The translations under genes were made by a program, and so were the position numbers. Shown piece by piece: positions 18,600 to 29,783 of a stretch of DNA of 64,000 nucleotides; the stretch's first letter is position 1, and each line of letters begins with the position of its first letter. Source of the DNA: a virus; the IMG/VR virus record IMGVR_UViG_3300036792_000176, positions 1 to 64,000 of that record. One strand, given 5' to 3'. The notes beneath the pieces were generated by a model. That model was not told where the DNA came from and did no database searches. It worked only from the letters and a program-made list of their open reading frames with translations.

Positions 18600-18854
18600 A
18601 TGCCCAGTACCGAGATGAGCCCCATCGACGTAGCCGAGCAGGTTGGCGGCGACGTGATGACGGCGAGCTACAATGAGGGTCTCGACTGCCAGTCCGACCT
18701 GGTCGGGCTGCGGATCTACGCCGCCATCTACCTGGCCCTGTTCAAGTACGGCCAGTTCGTGGCGGAGTACTACGCCGAGCAGTACTCGGTGAACGACGAG
18801 CCCTACTTCACTGACGCCCATGAGGGTGACAGCGCGTTCGGCCCCCTGAGCTAG
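18600..18854 (+). CDS. Small acidic early protein
   Basis: GAAAGGGG RBS; between repeat elements. Confidence 0.7.
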   Translation: MPSTEMSPIDVAEQVGGDVMTASYNEGLDCQSDLVGLRIYAAIYLALFKYGQFVAEYYAEQYSVNDEPYFTDAHEGDSAFGPLS

Positions 18855-18930
18855 CGGCTAGCTTCCCCGGTGTCCGGGCTACCCGGACACTCGGGGTGGC
18901 TACCACGGTAGGTAGTCAGGAGAGGAAGAA

Positions 18931-19056
18931 ATGCCAAGTGACATGACTGAACTGACCCTCAGGCAGAAGGCCAGGGCGCTGGTCGCCTTCGGCCTGGCCG
19001 ACGACATCAACGAGGCATACGCCCAGCTGGAGGACATGGGCGAGGACGACGACTAG
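18931..19056 (+). CDS. 41-aa early peptide (MPSDMTELTLRQKARALVAFGLADDINEAYAQLEDMGEDDD)
   Basis: Not in ORF track; GGAGAGG RBS; between repeat elements. Confidence 0.7.
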   Translation: MPSDMTELTLRQKARALVAFGLADDINEAYAQLEDMGEDDD

Positions 19057-19138
19057 CGGCCTGCTTTCCCGGGGCTCGGAGCAATCCGAGCCCACGGGAT
19101 GGCTACCCCGATGGTAGTCAGGAGATGGAGAGTAAGAC

Positions 19139-19474
19139 ATGAAGTGCGGATACTGCTCTGATCAAGCGGTGGCCATCCTGACGGCAACGTACATCCGGCA
19201 CCCCAAGCCCACGCCCGTCTGCCAGACGGACCTGGACCGGCTCAACAAGCCCGACAACTTCGACAAGATGCCGACGGTCACGGGCATCGAGCGGGTCTGG
19301 TGCGAGAACCCCGCGCACTCCTCCGATCCGCACTACCCGACCATGACCGGTCGCTACACGGACGCGGACTCCGCTGCCAAGGACCCCAACGAGTGCCACT
19401 GGCCGCACCTGGTGCCGCCGGTCGCCGACCTCCCGGACAGGCCGGAGGGGTACTACCACAGCCCGCTTGGCTAG
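19139..19474 (+). CDS. Small Cys/His-rich early protein
   Basis: CxxC..., GGAG RBS. Confidence 0.7.
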   Translation: MKCGYCSDQAVAILTATYIRHPKPTPVCQTDLDRLNKPDNFDKMPTVTGIERVWCENPAHSSDPHYPTMTGRYTDADSAAKDPNECHWPHLVPPVADLPDRPEGYYHSPLG

Positions 19475-19547
19475 CGGTCCAGCTTCGGTCCCGCCCCTCT
19501 GGGGCGGTGGCCGTGGCTACCCCGATGGTAGTCAAGGAGAGGAAGAG

Positions 19548-19763
19548 ATGAACACCGAGAAGATCGAGCTCCGCATGACTGCCCTGGAGGCTGACTCGGT
19601 AGCTTACGTCATCATGAGTGCCCTCGGTCGAGTCACGATGCTCGACAGGGAGCGCGTCGACGCCACGGCGGCTGCGAACGAGCTGTTCAGGCAGCTGGGG
19701 TACGGGCACCACACCACACTTCACGGCGAGCGCGTCGAGGACAAGGTCAAGGTCAAGTCCTAG
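19548..19763 (+). CDS. Small early protein
   Basis: GGAGAGG RBS before ATG 19548. Confidence 0.7.
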   Translation: MNTEKIELRMTALEADSVAYVIMSALGRVTMLDRERVDATAAANELFRQLGYGHHTTLHGERVEDKVKVKS

Positions 19764-19848
19764 CGGCGAGCTGCCCTGGCCACCCGCCCCGTGCGGGTGA
19801 CCGGGGGAGCTACCACGGTAGGTAGCTGAGCAGGAAGGACAACCCCTT

Positions 19849-20360
19849 ATGCGAGTCCAGACCAAGACCGGCCTGCGTGGGACGGTCATCGACACGAGGG
19901 ATGGCGGGGACAAGAGCCTCGTCCAGTTCGACAACGGAACCACCTGGTGGTGGTTCACCGACTGCCTGGAGGCATTCCACGCCTTCGGCATGTGCTGCGT
20001 CTGCCGTGTGCGCACGGCCATGCGCGGCAGCGGGTACTGCCCTACATGTAGGAGGATCTGATGCAGGTCAAGTTCGAGAACCTCACCCCCACACAGGTCG
20101 CCATGCATATGGCGAACAACTGGAGCGACCCCATGGCAACCGACAGATTCTTCGTCATGGACAAGCTCCCGCTCTGGCCGGGCGATATGGCCCAGATCGG
20201 CCCGTTCACAGTCATCTGCGAGGACACCGAGCTCGACGATGCCAGGTTCACGGTGACCTGGGATGCCGAGCCGTGTATCCACCCCGGCGTGTTCGCCAAC
20301 TCCCAGCCCACAACTCACTGCTGGGCGTGCGACACCGACGTCCCCCGAGAGCTGCTGTAG
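19849..20360 (+). CDS. Two coupled small early genes (19849-20061, 20061-20360)
   Basis: TGATG coupling; Cys motifs. Confidence 0.65.
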
Positions 20361-20453
20361 GACAACCCTCCTGATACCCGAGCCGACCTTCCCTGCGGCT
20401 CGGGTAGCGGGAAGGCTGCCCATCAGGGTAGCTGTGTCGAGAGAGGACACACA

Positions 20454-21131
20454 ATGCTAGAAGAGCTCCTCAAGGAAGCCAGGACCTGGCTGCTCGACTG
20501 CGGCATGAAGCAGTTCGGGCAGTCCAAGAACGACAAGTTCGTGGCCCTGGCGATCCACACCTACTACGACGGCCGCTGGCCCGCGTTCGTCGCGGCCGAC
20601 CCCGCCATGGACGAGTACACGGCACGGCTGGAGATGGACGCGCGCTGGGGCTGCGCCACGGCCGAGAAGTTCCTGCCCGTTAAGGAGGACGAAGATGCAC
20701 TTCCCAGCACCTGAGTGGGGATGGGCCCTGACCGAGAAGGTCGCCATCAGCAGGGTCGGCGACAGCCAGTACCTGATCCTGAGGTTCCCCGAGAACGGCA
20801 GGGACGTCATGCTGGTGACGTTCACGCCCGAGGGCCGGATGTGGCTCAACGGCCAGGACGTCGACGTTGCCGATGACTTCATGGGGTTCATCGGCATGTT
20901 CGACGAGATGAACGCCGACGGCGAGCGCCCCCTGTGGGAGCAGTACATCAGCTACCCGTTCGTAAACGAGGACGAGGAGTAGCAGTGGCCAGATACGAGA
21001 TCCACTATAGCAACGATCACTCCGAGGTCGAGCACCTCTGGCGCGCGGAGGACAAGCTGCTGCCGGAGCTCACCCGCATCGTCGAGACCCCGGGTCTGGA
21101 CCTGCTGCTGGTTCGGGCGCACGAGGCGTAA
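20454..21131 (+). CDS. Three small early genes (20454-20714, 20695-20982, ~20985-21131)
   Basis: Purine-rich RBSs, GC3 bias. Confidence 0.6.
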
Positions 21132-21156
21132 GCGCCTAACGGCCAGCGGATAGGGG

Positions 21157-21185
21157 TAGCGGTGCGCCTACCTAGGCGCTATACT
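21157..21185 (+). promoter_or_regulatory. TAGC-class promoter
   Basis: TAGCGG-N17-TATACT. Confidence 0.8.
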
Positions 21186-21223
21186 TAGGGTAGGCGTACC
21201 GCCCCCGGGAAAGGACAGCAAGA

Positions 21224-23207
21224 ATGGCTAAGGACAGCAATAACCTCCGTGACGTCAGAGGCGTCGAGCACAAGATCCTACCGGACCGCAACAGCAAGTG
21301 GTGCCACCACTGCGCGGTATGGATGGGGATCAACGAGGACCATGAGTGCGACGTTCATCTCGCAATGGACATCTTCAACTACAACTCAACGGTCGCCGCC
21401 AAGATGGCGCTAGGCGAGGGCATTGACCGGGAGACGGTTGCCGCCTGCCTACGCAGCCTGGCCGACGCAATCGAGACCCAGGACTGCGCCGAGGACATGT
21501 CCCCGATCTACGACAGGACACTCTCCCAGCTTCACGGCTGACGGGTTCTATCCTGACGGTTGCTGAGTACCGTCAGGGTGGTGTCCGACAGGACAAGAAG
21601 GAGGAAGAAATGCCTTACGACCACACCCCTGGTTGCGAATGCTACATATGCAAGCCGGATCCGGGACAGGACCCCTTCAAGAACAGCCAGGTCAGCCCGC
21701 CCAGGAGGATCGTGTTCAGGGCAGAGGCGACGAATCACGACTACGTCACCCCAGCCATGGCTGCCAGGCGTGACAAGGCCGCCGCCGAGTTCACGGACCG
21801 CACTCGTCCGCAGGCGGATGTGATCGCCCAGTCCATCCTGGACAGCGACCTGTTCGAAGACATTGACTGCACCGCCCCTCAGGGCAGCGAGGTCGTCTCA
21901 TCGTTCTTCTTCGACGACGAAGAGTACGAGTACGAAGTGACAGTCACCGCAAGGAACAAGACCGAGTACCACATGAACAGGAGCAAGTGATGTCAACCCC
22001 CGTCCCGTCCTGGCTGCTTAACGAGCCGGTCATCGTCACGCTGGTGGCCATGAACCCCGATGCCGCCTGCACCGCAGTCCTGATCAACAGGGAGATCGTG
22101 CCGGCCTCGTACAACAGGCCTCACGTGCCAAACTCCACGGCCGTCGTCATCATCTACGGCGAGGGCTTCGTGTCAGTCAACGGTGAGGACATCATGGCCG
22201 ACGAGAGCGACGAGACCATCCAGCGCCTCTGCAGCCTGGCCGACGTCGTGACCATGGCCCCCAACCCCCAGTGCGGCACCTGGGTCCGCACGCAGGACAC
22301 CTACATCCAGGACCACTTCAACGCCGAGGCAGACAGGAACAGGTAACATGACGAACCCCATCGCAAGGAACATCGCGGTCGCCATCGCTGACGAGTGCAG
22401 CATGTCGTACCACCCCGTGACCGAGGACACCGTCCTCGGTGACATGACCGTCGGTGACGTCGAGCCGGGCGGTGCCAACCGCCCGAACGAGCTGTCAAGG
22501 TTCACCCTACAGGATGACGACTGGCTGTACACGGTGGTTGTCCGGCGCGATCGGCCAGTCCGATGACCGTCATGCGGCAGGTCCTGCCGATCCTGAACTC
22601 CAAGCTGTTCACATGGAGCAGGGAGAGCAAGTCGTACGTGGCCGAGGCATCTGACCTCGGCCTCCGGGCTGGATTCCAGTTCGGTCGGGTGTATGATGAC
22701 TCGATCGACGAGGGATTCACAATGCAGTCCCAGTTCGACCCCAGCGACCACGTGGTCTGCGTGGTCACGGACATCGATACCAAGGAGGGGGACGTCAGGT
22801 TCTGGGTCCTCAAGCCGGTCAGGAACACCGATCGGCTCGACTGGAAAGTAATCATCTTCAACGATTAGGAGCAAGCAGTGAAGGACGCAGACGCAACACA
22901 GATCAAGCACGGACGCTCCAGGATCTACCTGTACCCAAACGGTGAGATCGTGGTGGTCCAGTCCAACAACCTGAGCAAGCCGCCCATGAACGTGACAACG
23001 GACTGCGACGGCGAGCGTACCAGCTTTACCATCCCGGCTCATTACCCGGACAAGATCGACCCTGAGAACCCGGACACCTGGCGCTACTACTGCCCGGCTC
23101 ACCCGGAGGCCACGGTCGCCGATGCTGTACAGGACGGGGCCGAGATGACATGCGGCCACGCGGTGACGGTGCGCCGCCTATACACCCCAGAGCCCGAAAA
23201 CGACTGA
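21224..23207 (+). CDS. Run of six small hypothetical genes (21224-21541, 21610-21990, 21987-22346, 22348-22566, 22563-22868, 22878-23207)
   Basis: Contiguous or coupled ORFs with RBSs. Confidence 0.65.
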
Positions 23208-23308
23208 AACGTGGAGGCGGGCGGACGACGCGAGCGCTTATTCGGTGTCGGACGCCCGTCCTTACGTTCCCAGCTACGTAACGATCATGCACAGAAATGA
23301 GGTGTATC

Positions 23309-23569
23309 ATGGGCAAGCACGGATTCCAGCCATTCAAGCAGCTGGCCATCATAGATGCCCTGGACGATATGTTCGGGAGCACGAAGACCTGGTCCGTGTC
23401 GGACGCAATGTCCGAGCTCGGGAGACGTGGGCTGACAGCCAGTCCCATGACGATGCGCAAGGCAAGGCGCAGTCTGGGCATCCGCTCGGAGCGCGCGCAT
23501 GTAGTCGGAGTCAACGGCATCAGCCACTGGGTGTGGACGATAGAGCCACCCGCTAGCCGTAGCGAGTAG
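23309..23569 (+). CDS. Stand-alone winged-helix-like protein, paralog of prim-pol/helicase C-terminal domain
   Basis: MF....W...DA..EL...G..A...T..K.R..LGIRS......G..G...W.W. Confidence 0.7.
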   Translation: MGKHGFQPFKQLAIIDALDDMFGSTKTWSVSDAMSELGRRGLTASPMTMRKARRSLGIRSERAHVVGVNGISHWVWTIEPPASRSE

Positions 23570-23662
23570 CCGCAGGTCAGGCAGTGTGCATGCCATGGTT
23601 GCAGGGTCGTTAGCGCCGGTAATTACCTAAGCTAATTAGCGGTGGAAATATACCCTAGGGGG

Positions 23663-23691
23663 TACCCTAACGGCCCTGCAGCCGGTATACT
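23663..23691 (+). promoter_or_regulatory. Promoter (variant -35)
   Basis: TACCCT-N17-TATACT in a CA/TG-poor island. Confidence 0.6.
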
Positions 23692-24270
23692 AGAGCGTAG
23701 GAGCCCGAGAGGAAGCGGACTGATGAGCGCGCTAGCCGAGTATGAGATTCACGGCCTGACCAGCAGAGGTCGGCCGGTCGCGGTCGGGATGAGGGCAATC
23801 GCAACCCCGACAACTGAGGTGGCTACATACATCCTCAACGAGCGCTACCCGAGTGCAACGTTCGTATCCCTCAAGCGGGTCATTCTGAAGGACAACAAGA
23901 TCGAGAATGTTGACGCCCGCAAGCTGGACGTCAGGCCGATCAGAAGGGCAAGGGTCCGGTGAAGAGCAGGCTGAAGATGTACGACAGGAGCTTCCTGAAC
24001 GGGACGGTGTTCCTGACGATCTGCAACACCAAGCCGATCACCATTTTCGGCATCAACTACCCCGGCAGAGCAATCTACAGCCTGCCCTGCGCTCCGATCA
24101 GGAGGAAGCGGTGAAGTACCGCACGATGGGCGTGGACGGCATCTACGGCAGTGATGTCGAGGCCGACACGGACGAGGAGGCCATCAGCAAGGCGACCGCC
24201 ATGGGCTACGATGTGCTGGACGTCACGGACAGCATGCAGGGCCCGCTACTGATAATCGAGGGAGACTAGC

Positions 24271-24705
24271 ATGAACTACACCCAGGACCTGATCAACATG
24301 ATGCAGGGCAAGGTGACGCGAGGAGAGATGTCCAAGGAGGAGGTCGTAAAAATCCTCCAGTTCGCGCTCACCAACCTGCCGCATGAGGACGTCATCGACG
24401 CCATCAACGCCGAGTGGTACCTGCCCGAGCGGCAGGCGATCGCGGCCGGAATCACAGCCGAGAATGTCGAGACGCACCCCGTGATGCGCAAGGCGATCAA
24501 GGCGGCCGAGGAGGCTTTCCAGGACGATATGACGCCTGCGAGTGCGTACATGGCGATGTTCAAGGCTGCGTTCATCGTCGCCAAACAGCACGATCTCTCG
24601 GACGAAGATGCGACCGTGATAGCAACCTCGGCTGCCACTGACGGGCAGTCTGACTCCGGTGAGGGCTACAAGAACTTCATCGCGCCCCGCAAGAAGCGGT
24701 CATAA
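24271..24705 (+). CDS. Hypothetical protein (preceded by small ORFs ~23723-23962 and ~24112-24269)
   Basis: GGGAG RBS, GC3 bias. Confidence 0.65.
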   Translation: MNYTQDLINMMQGKVTRGEMSKEEVVKILQFALTNLPHEDVIDAINAEWYLPERQAIAAGITAENVETHPVMRKAIKAAEEAFQDDMTPASAYMAMFKAAFIVAKQHDLSDEDATVIATSAATDGQSDSGEGYKNFIAPRKKRS

Positions 24706-24989
24706 GCGGATCGTATAACCGCAGGTCAGAGGCACACTGCAGGGATCGTCGGCACTCCGTCGGCGGTCCCTGCAGCACGTGTGCACCCGCGGAATCCTTT
24801 AGCGCCGCTAATTACCTAGGCTAACGATCTCGACGACTGCTGACTCCGATGCATCTGGCTCTGAGATCAGCCCGTCCTCTGCTCCACTCGGGACTCCAGT
24901 GCACGGAATCGTTAGCCGAGGTAATTATCCGCCCTAACGAATGCCTGGGCCAGGTTTGTACCTCCCACGAGGTAAGGTATACTAGTTTC

Positions 24990-25310
24990 ATGGACAACGA
25001 ACTCATGTCATTCGAGCAGAGCACCGATCTCAACACCGGCTATGTCGAGCAGACAGAAGAGCCGCGCGCTGCCGGTACGAGGGGCCCGCTCGCTGTCAGA
25101 CAGGCCGAGATACGTGGAGCACTCAAGGCTATGTTCTACATGAAGAGCGTCTGGAGGGCAAATGAGGCCCATGAAACGCTCCAGAACATCGGAATAGTCG
25201 CAAGTCCGAGGGTGATAAACATGGTAAAACGGGAGCTTGGCGTGAAAAGCGTAGCCGTTCACGTCCTTGGAGAACCAGGTGCAAAGCACTGGAATTGGGT
25301 AATGGACTAG
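24990..25310 (+). CDS. Stand-alone winged-helix-like protein, paralog of prim-pol/helicase C-terminal domain; leaderless
   Basis: Ends G.PG...WNWVMD as near the end of 36279-38420; TATACT-N6-ATG. Confidence 0.75.
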   Translation: MDNELMSFEQSTDLNTGYVEQTEEPRAAGTRGPLAVRQAEIRGALKAMFYMKSVWRANEAHETLQNIGIVASPRVINMVKRELGVKSVAVHVLGEPGAKHWNWVMD

Positions 25311-25342
25311 TGAGAATTTCTTCTGCGTGAGTTAGAAGGTAA

Positions 25343-25700
25343 AGTTTCCGGACTGTGTCCTTATATACCTACTACTCCCACTACTATAGTTACTGTATAT
25401 CCTTACTTATGATACGCGGGAGGGCCTGCGGCGATACCACTTCACCCAGCCCCCGAAATCATATATGACACCCCAAACATGAGATTTCAGTAGTGGTAGT
25501 AGTGGCGGTAGTAGAGATATAAGGACATCACCCCGAAACTCGTACTCCTTACCCCGCCATACGCCCCCCAACCGGAAGCAATCACGCCCAACCGGAACCA
25601 ACCCGTATCAACCGGAACGAGCACAAATCCACCAGCGATCAACCCTCAGCCATCCGCGCCGACCCGAACAGCCGTACCCGAACTGAACAGCCGTACCCCG
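25343..25700. other. Putative replication origin
   Basis: 53-bp imperfect inverted arms (25343-25395, 25488-25540), AT-rich; CAACCGGAA x3 at 20-bp period; GAACAGCCGTACCC x2. Confidence 0.5.
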
Positions 25701-25768
25701 CTACTGCACGTAGGCACCCGCCCCCGAATGCTAACTCAAAGTAGTCGACGGAAAGGCTCCTATACGGG

Positions 25769-25798
25769 TAGCCATACCGGGTAGCACTACGGTATACT
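25769..25798 (+). promoter_or_regulatory. TAGC-class promoter
   Basis: TAGCCA-N18-TATACT. Confidence 0.7.
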
Positions 25799-25939
25799 GT
25801 TCATATCGGCCTCCCCCGCCGGTAAGCGGTACGGCGGGGGAAGCTGAGCCAACGGGAAACCGACAGGACACCCCGGCCCCGACAGACCAAACCGCAACAC
25901 CCCAGCCCCACAATGGGCACCAAGAGGAAGAAGAACAAA

Positions 25940-26932
25940 ATGTCCACTGTCATCGAGTGCGAGGGCGCAGGCCAGGCCTGGTCCTACCTCCTCCAGGACT
26001 CCAACGGCAACTCCGTCGACCCCCGGACCGACAACGACACCAAGACCAAGACCACCACCCAGCTCCCCGGCTGCCCGGTCTGCCTGCTCACGGCCAAGGA
26101 CCTCAAGATCAAGGTCAGCCGCAAGAACGGCAAGCTCTCCCCCATCCACATCCCCGAGCACATGGTCGAGGTCCCAGGCGACGAGCTGCTGTTCATGCTC
26201 ATCAACGGCGAGTTCGATGTCCACGTCAAGGGCTGCAACCGGATCAAGGCCCAGCTCAAGAAGAGCGACTACGAGCGCCCCGGCACCGTCCTGGCCACCG
26301 ACCCCCACGACCTGGTCACGCAGCTGTGGGATGACATCATCCCCGAGGCCTGGGTTCAGGAAGAGGACCCGGAGGGCACCCCCGAGGTGCGCGACCCCGA
26401 GACCGACGAGCTGCTCAGCCCGATCAACCCCACCGACGAGTGGCTCGAGAAGCACAACTACTACAGCGCCACCGGCATCCACACCTGCGTCGCCAAGCTC
26501 GGCGGCGAGTGGGCCAACGGCACCGGCGCCAAGGGCAAGGCCAAGTCCAACGGCGGCGCGTCCCGTCAGGCCAAGCGGGACCTGGCGCTGGTCCTCGTCG
26601 AGGCCATGGCGCAGGCGATCAAGGAGCTCCAGGACGACCCGGCCAACGACCCGAACAAGATCATCCCCACCCTGGGATACGAGGAGGCTCGCCAGGTCGT
26701 CGCTCAGTGGATCCACCACTTCCCCGCCAACCGCGACGAGTGGATCAACCACCTCCCCCGCCCCAACCGCTCCGACTGGATCACCGAGTCGGAGGCTGCC
26801 GGCACCCAGACCAGCGACGAGACGGACGACGACACGAACAGCGACGCCGACGCCACCGACGAGGACGAGCTGGACGAGAACCAGAACGACGAGGACACGG
26901 ACCAGGAGGACGAGGACGACGCCGAGGAGTGA
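25940..26932 (+). CDS. Probably highly expressed protein with HHFPA domain and acidic tail
   Basis: Extreme GC3 bias; paralogous C-terminal domain to 17761-18156. Confidence 0.85.
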   Translation: MSTVIECEGAGQAWSYLLQDSNGNSVDPRTDNDTKTKTTTQLPGCPVCLLTAKDLKIKVSRKNGKLSPIHIPEHMVEVPGDELLFMLINGEFDVHVKGCNRIKAQLKKSDYERPGTVLATDPHDLVTQLWDDIIPEAWVQEEDPEGTPEVRDPETDELLSPINPTDEWLEKHNYYSATGIHTCVAKLGGEWANGTGAKGKAKSNGGASRQAKRDLALVLVEAMAQAIKELQDDPANDPNKIIPTLGYEEARQVVAQWIHHFPANRDEWINHLPRPNRSDWITESEAAGTQTSDETDDDTNSDADATDEDELDENQNDEDTDQEDEDDAEE

Positions 26933-26967
26933 CCGGCCAGCTCCACAGCCCATCACCCGCAAGGCAC

Positions 26968-27007
26968 GAGAGCCCGGTACGGCCAGAACACTGGCCGCCG
27001 GGCTCTC
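26968..27007 (+). terminator. Hairpin terminator
   Basis: GAGAGCCCGG..CGGCCAG-AACA-CTGGCCG.CCGGGCTCTC after stop codon. Confidence 0.6.
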
Positions 27008-27272
27008 CGGCGTTCAGACGGACGCCAAAACCCGATATCTCACAGACTGCTGAATGGTGGAGCTCCGAAATAAGGCCGATTAGCCGTCCGCCCCTACCGG
27101 TACCCGGTAGGCTAGCCGCGCGGTCCGTACGGCGGAGCTCCCAAAGGATTCAGGGGTATCCACGGGGACCGCCCCGGTAAGCTACCCTACCCGGTACCCT
27201 AGCTTTACCACTCCGGCTGTAGTACCCTACCCCTTAGACCCCCGCCCCTACCCGAGAATAGGGCAGCAGGTT

Positions 27273-29712
27273 ATGAAACTGACAATCAGCATACCGATTA
27301 CTGAGGACATGCCGGCCCTCACAGAAACAGACCGCATCACCTACCCATCCCTCACCGCAACAATGATCCCCACCCAGTCTAACGCTGGCGGCCACCCGCT
27401 GTACGAGTTCACCGGCGAGGAGGCAGAACTCCGCGCATGGCTGGTGAACGAGTACGGCCTGACGAACGCAGAGGCCACAGCGGTCATGTGGCACACTGAG
27501 ACTGACAGGAACTGAACGATCATGAACGTAACCAGCGACGTCAGCTATGACGACCCGGTATTCACCAGTACAACGTACGTCAACCCGAGCAGCGACATCT
27601 TTGGCCGCAGGGTGAGGGCCGACCTGATCGCAGCCACCGTCGTCAAAGACGGGACCATTAAACCCCGATACAACCGATACATCTGGGGAGTCACGTCCAG
27701 CGGCCTCCTGCGGTGCTACCTTGACTGGGACGGGTCCCGGAGCTGGTGTAGCATTGCGCCACAGTCACTCGATGATCACCACATCCCCCTCCCCATCACC
27801 TATCGCAATGCCGCCCAGCGCATCGTTCAGGTGCTCCACCCCCGTACCATGCGCATCCGCGCAATCGACCCCGCCATGATCATCGAGACGCTGTGATGAA
27901 CACCCATACACACACTAACAAGAGGACACAGTGCCCGAGATAGAGTATGACCGAATCTACGGCTATCACGTCGGCGGCATCAGCATCACATTCGGGAGGG
28001 CCAGGCAGGATGAGAAGCACGGCCCGAGATTCTACGGTGCTGCCCTCAGCGAGGAGCAGCTCAAGCGAGGGCTCGAGACAGGGTTCGGCGCTACCGAGTC
28101 TGAGGCGGTCGCCGACATGTTCAGGCACATCCGCCCGATACACTTCTGACACACAACACACGCAGCACAAGAAAGAAAAGGAGCATCATGGAAAGAGACC
28201 AGATCCCCCACACCGCTGATCGTATCATCCTCACGAACGGGCGGGAGATCGTTCACACCCACCACGCTACAAAGAGCACATGGCACATCGTGCTCGAGCG
28301 GGTAGAGCGCCTGGGCAGGGCACTCACCGACACCGAGATATCCGAGTTCATGCAGAGCGCCCCGGTCGCCCGCATCGAGCACACGGACAGCACATCCCCC
28401 ACCGAGTACTGGCGCGAGCTGGACGAGGACGCCAATACGCCGGACGTCATGGCTCTGCCCACAGACGCAATCAACGACGTCGACGAGGAGCTGGGCCTGA
28501 ACATCAGGAAGCTCACGCCGGAGGAGCTGGAGGCAGACCGCCTAACCTTCGAAGAGTGGCTAGGGCGCACTGGCCGAGGGTCTATGCAGGAGTTCATTGA
28601 CCGGGCCGTGAAGAAGGCCAATGACCGCTGGCGCAGGACCTGGTACCTAGAGACCGGCGGCTGCCCGTGCGAGCAGGGCCCCGAGTGCGGCTGCAGGCTA
28701 TGCCCCCAGTGCGGCCCCAACGGTACCATCGCGCGCAAAGACGCGGGTGAGATCGACAACGAGGCCGAGACGCTAGGAGCCCAGGCAGCCCACGAGGAAG
28801 CAATCCAGACAGGCCACCCCAGCGGCGATGTGTATCTGGAGGACATGCTGGATGACATGGCCCCGACCGCACAGAAGACGACCTACCCCGACTGGGTGGG
28901 CCAGATAGAGGAGGGAATGGCCCGCCCCGGGCCAGGACAGGCCGAGGACAACTACGTCTACCCCATGGAGTGCGGGCACGAGACGGACAGCCCGAAGCCA
29001 CTTGTAACTGGCGCCATCGTACACTGCTCAGTTCACGGACAGACGTACATAGCAAAGGGCGAGGGTGATGGCGACGTGTAGGCACTGGCCGTACTGCGTG
29101 GGCAACGGCCGTTACTGCTGGAAAGAATGCCCGCCCAATCCAATGCTGGACTCAGACAGGTATCCGGATGAAGTGCAGAGCAGAACAACGGAAGGGTTCG
29201 TGATGGCAGACAACGCATTCATCCTCCTCAGGATGATCCAGTCCTACGCCAAGACGCCAGACCAGAAGGCAAAGGCGAACGACTACTACGGCTACGTCCA
29301 GAGACAGGGGTACAACGCAGACAGACAGGTCGCGGAGCTGGCCAAGGTCCTGCTGACCGGCCTCGTGGACAGCAACTGGCCCTGGTCCCCGACCACAGAC
29401 CGCACAGCCAGGTACGGCGGCCCGCAGGGCGTCAACAGCCCCATCTCCCGTATCGACTGGGGTGCTAAGCCAGAGGAAGAGCAAGACAATGAGACGGTTC
29501 AGCCCGCGCACGACATTCCTGAGCTACGCCGGCAGTACCTGGAGATCATCTCGAGGAACATCACAAACGAGCAGATGTCCCAGGCCAACAAGTACTGGGA
29601 CAATACCATGCCGATACTCATGTCTGAGCTGTACAACATGACAAGGAACGTGTCAAGAAGAGCGGACCTACGTCAGCAGACGACTACCGAGAATACCGAG
29701 ACTACCGGGTAA
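27273..29712 (+). CDS. Hypothetical genes (27273-27515, 27522-27896, 27931-28149, 28188-29081, 29065-29712)
   Basis: Tandem ORFs with RBSs; no recognised domains. Confidence 0.6.
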
Positions 29713-29748
29713 GCGGGTACCTAGCCGCGCCTAGCCCTAGCCGTACCC

Positions 29749-29777
29749 TAGCCCTAGGGCCGTGCATACGGTAGGAT
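29749..29777 (+). promoter_or_regulatory. TAGC-class promoter, leaderless
   Basis: TAGCCC-N17-TAGGAT-N6-ATG(29784). Confidence 0.8.
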
Positions 29778-29783
29778 ATACCT

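Larger units (their letters stand above)
18169..20432 (+). repeat. Seven dispersed intergenic double-hairpin elements
   Basis: G(C/T)T(A/G)CC-N5/6-GGTAG(C/T) at 18221, 18560, 18899, 19102, 19516, 19809 and 20415, each preceded by a long GC-rich hairpin. Confidence 0.85.
23610..24937. repeat. Three copies of a 26-bp pseudo-palindrome TTAG..TAATTA..CTAA
   Basis: 23610-23635, 24799-24824 and inverted 24912-24937. Confidence 0.8.

Noticed and set aside
18169-20432. Repeats as a CRISPR array
   Set aside because: Spacers are whole genes of 130-500 bp, repeats are degenerate and there is no cas operon.
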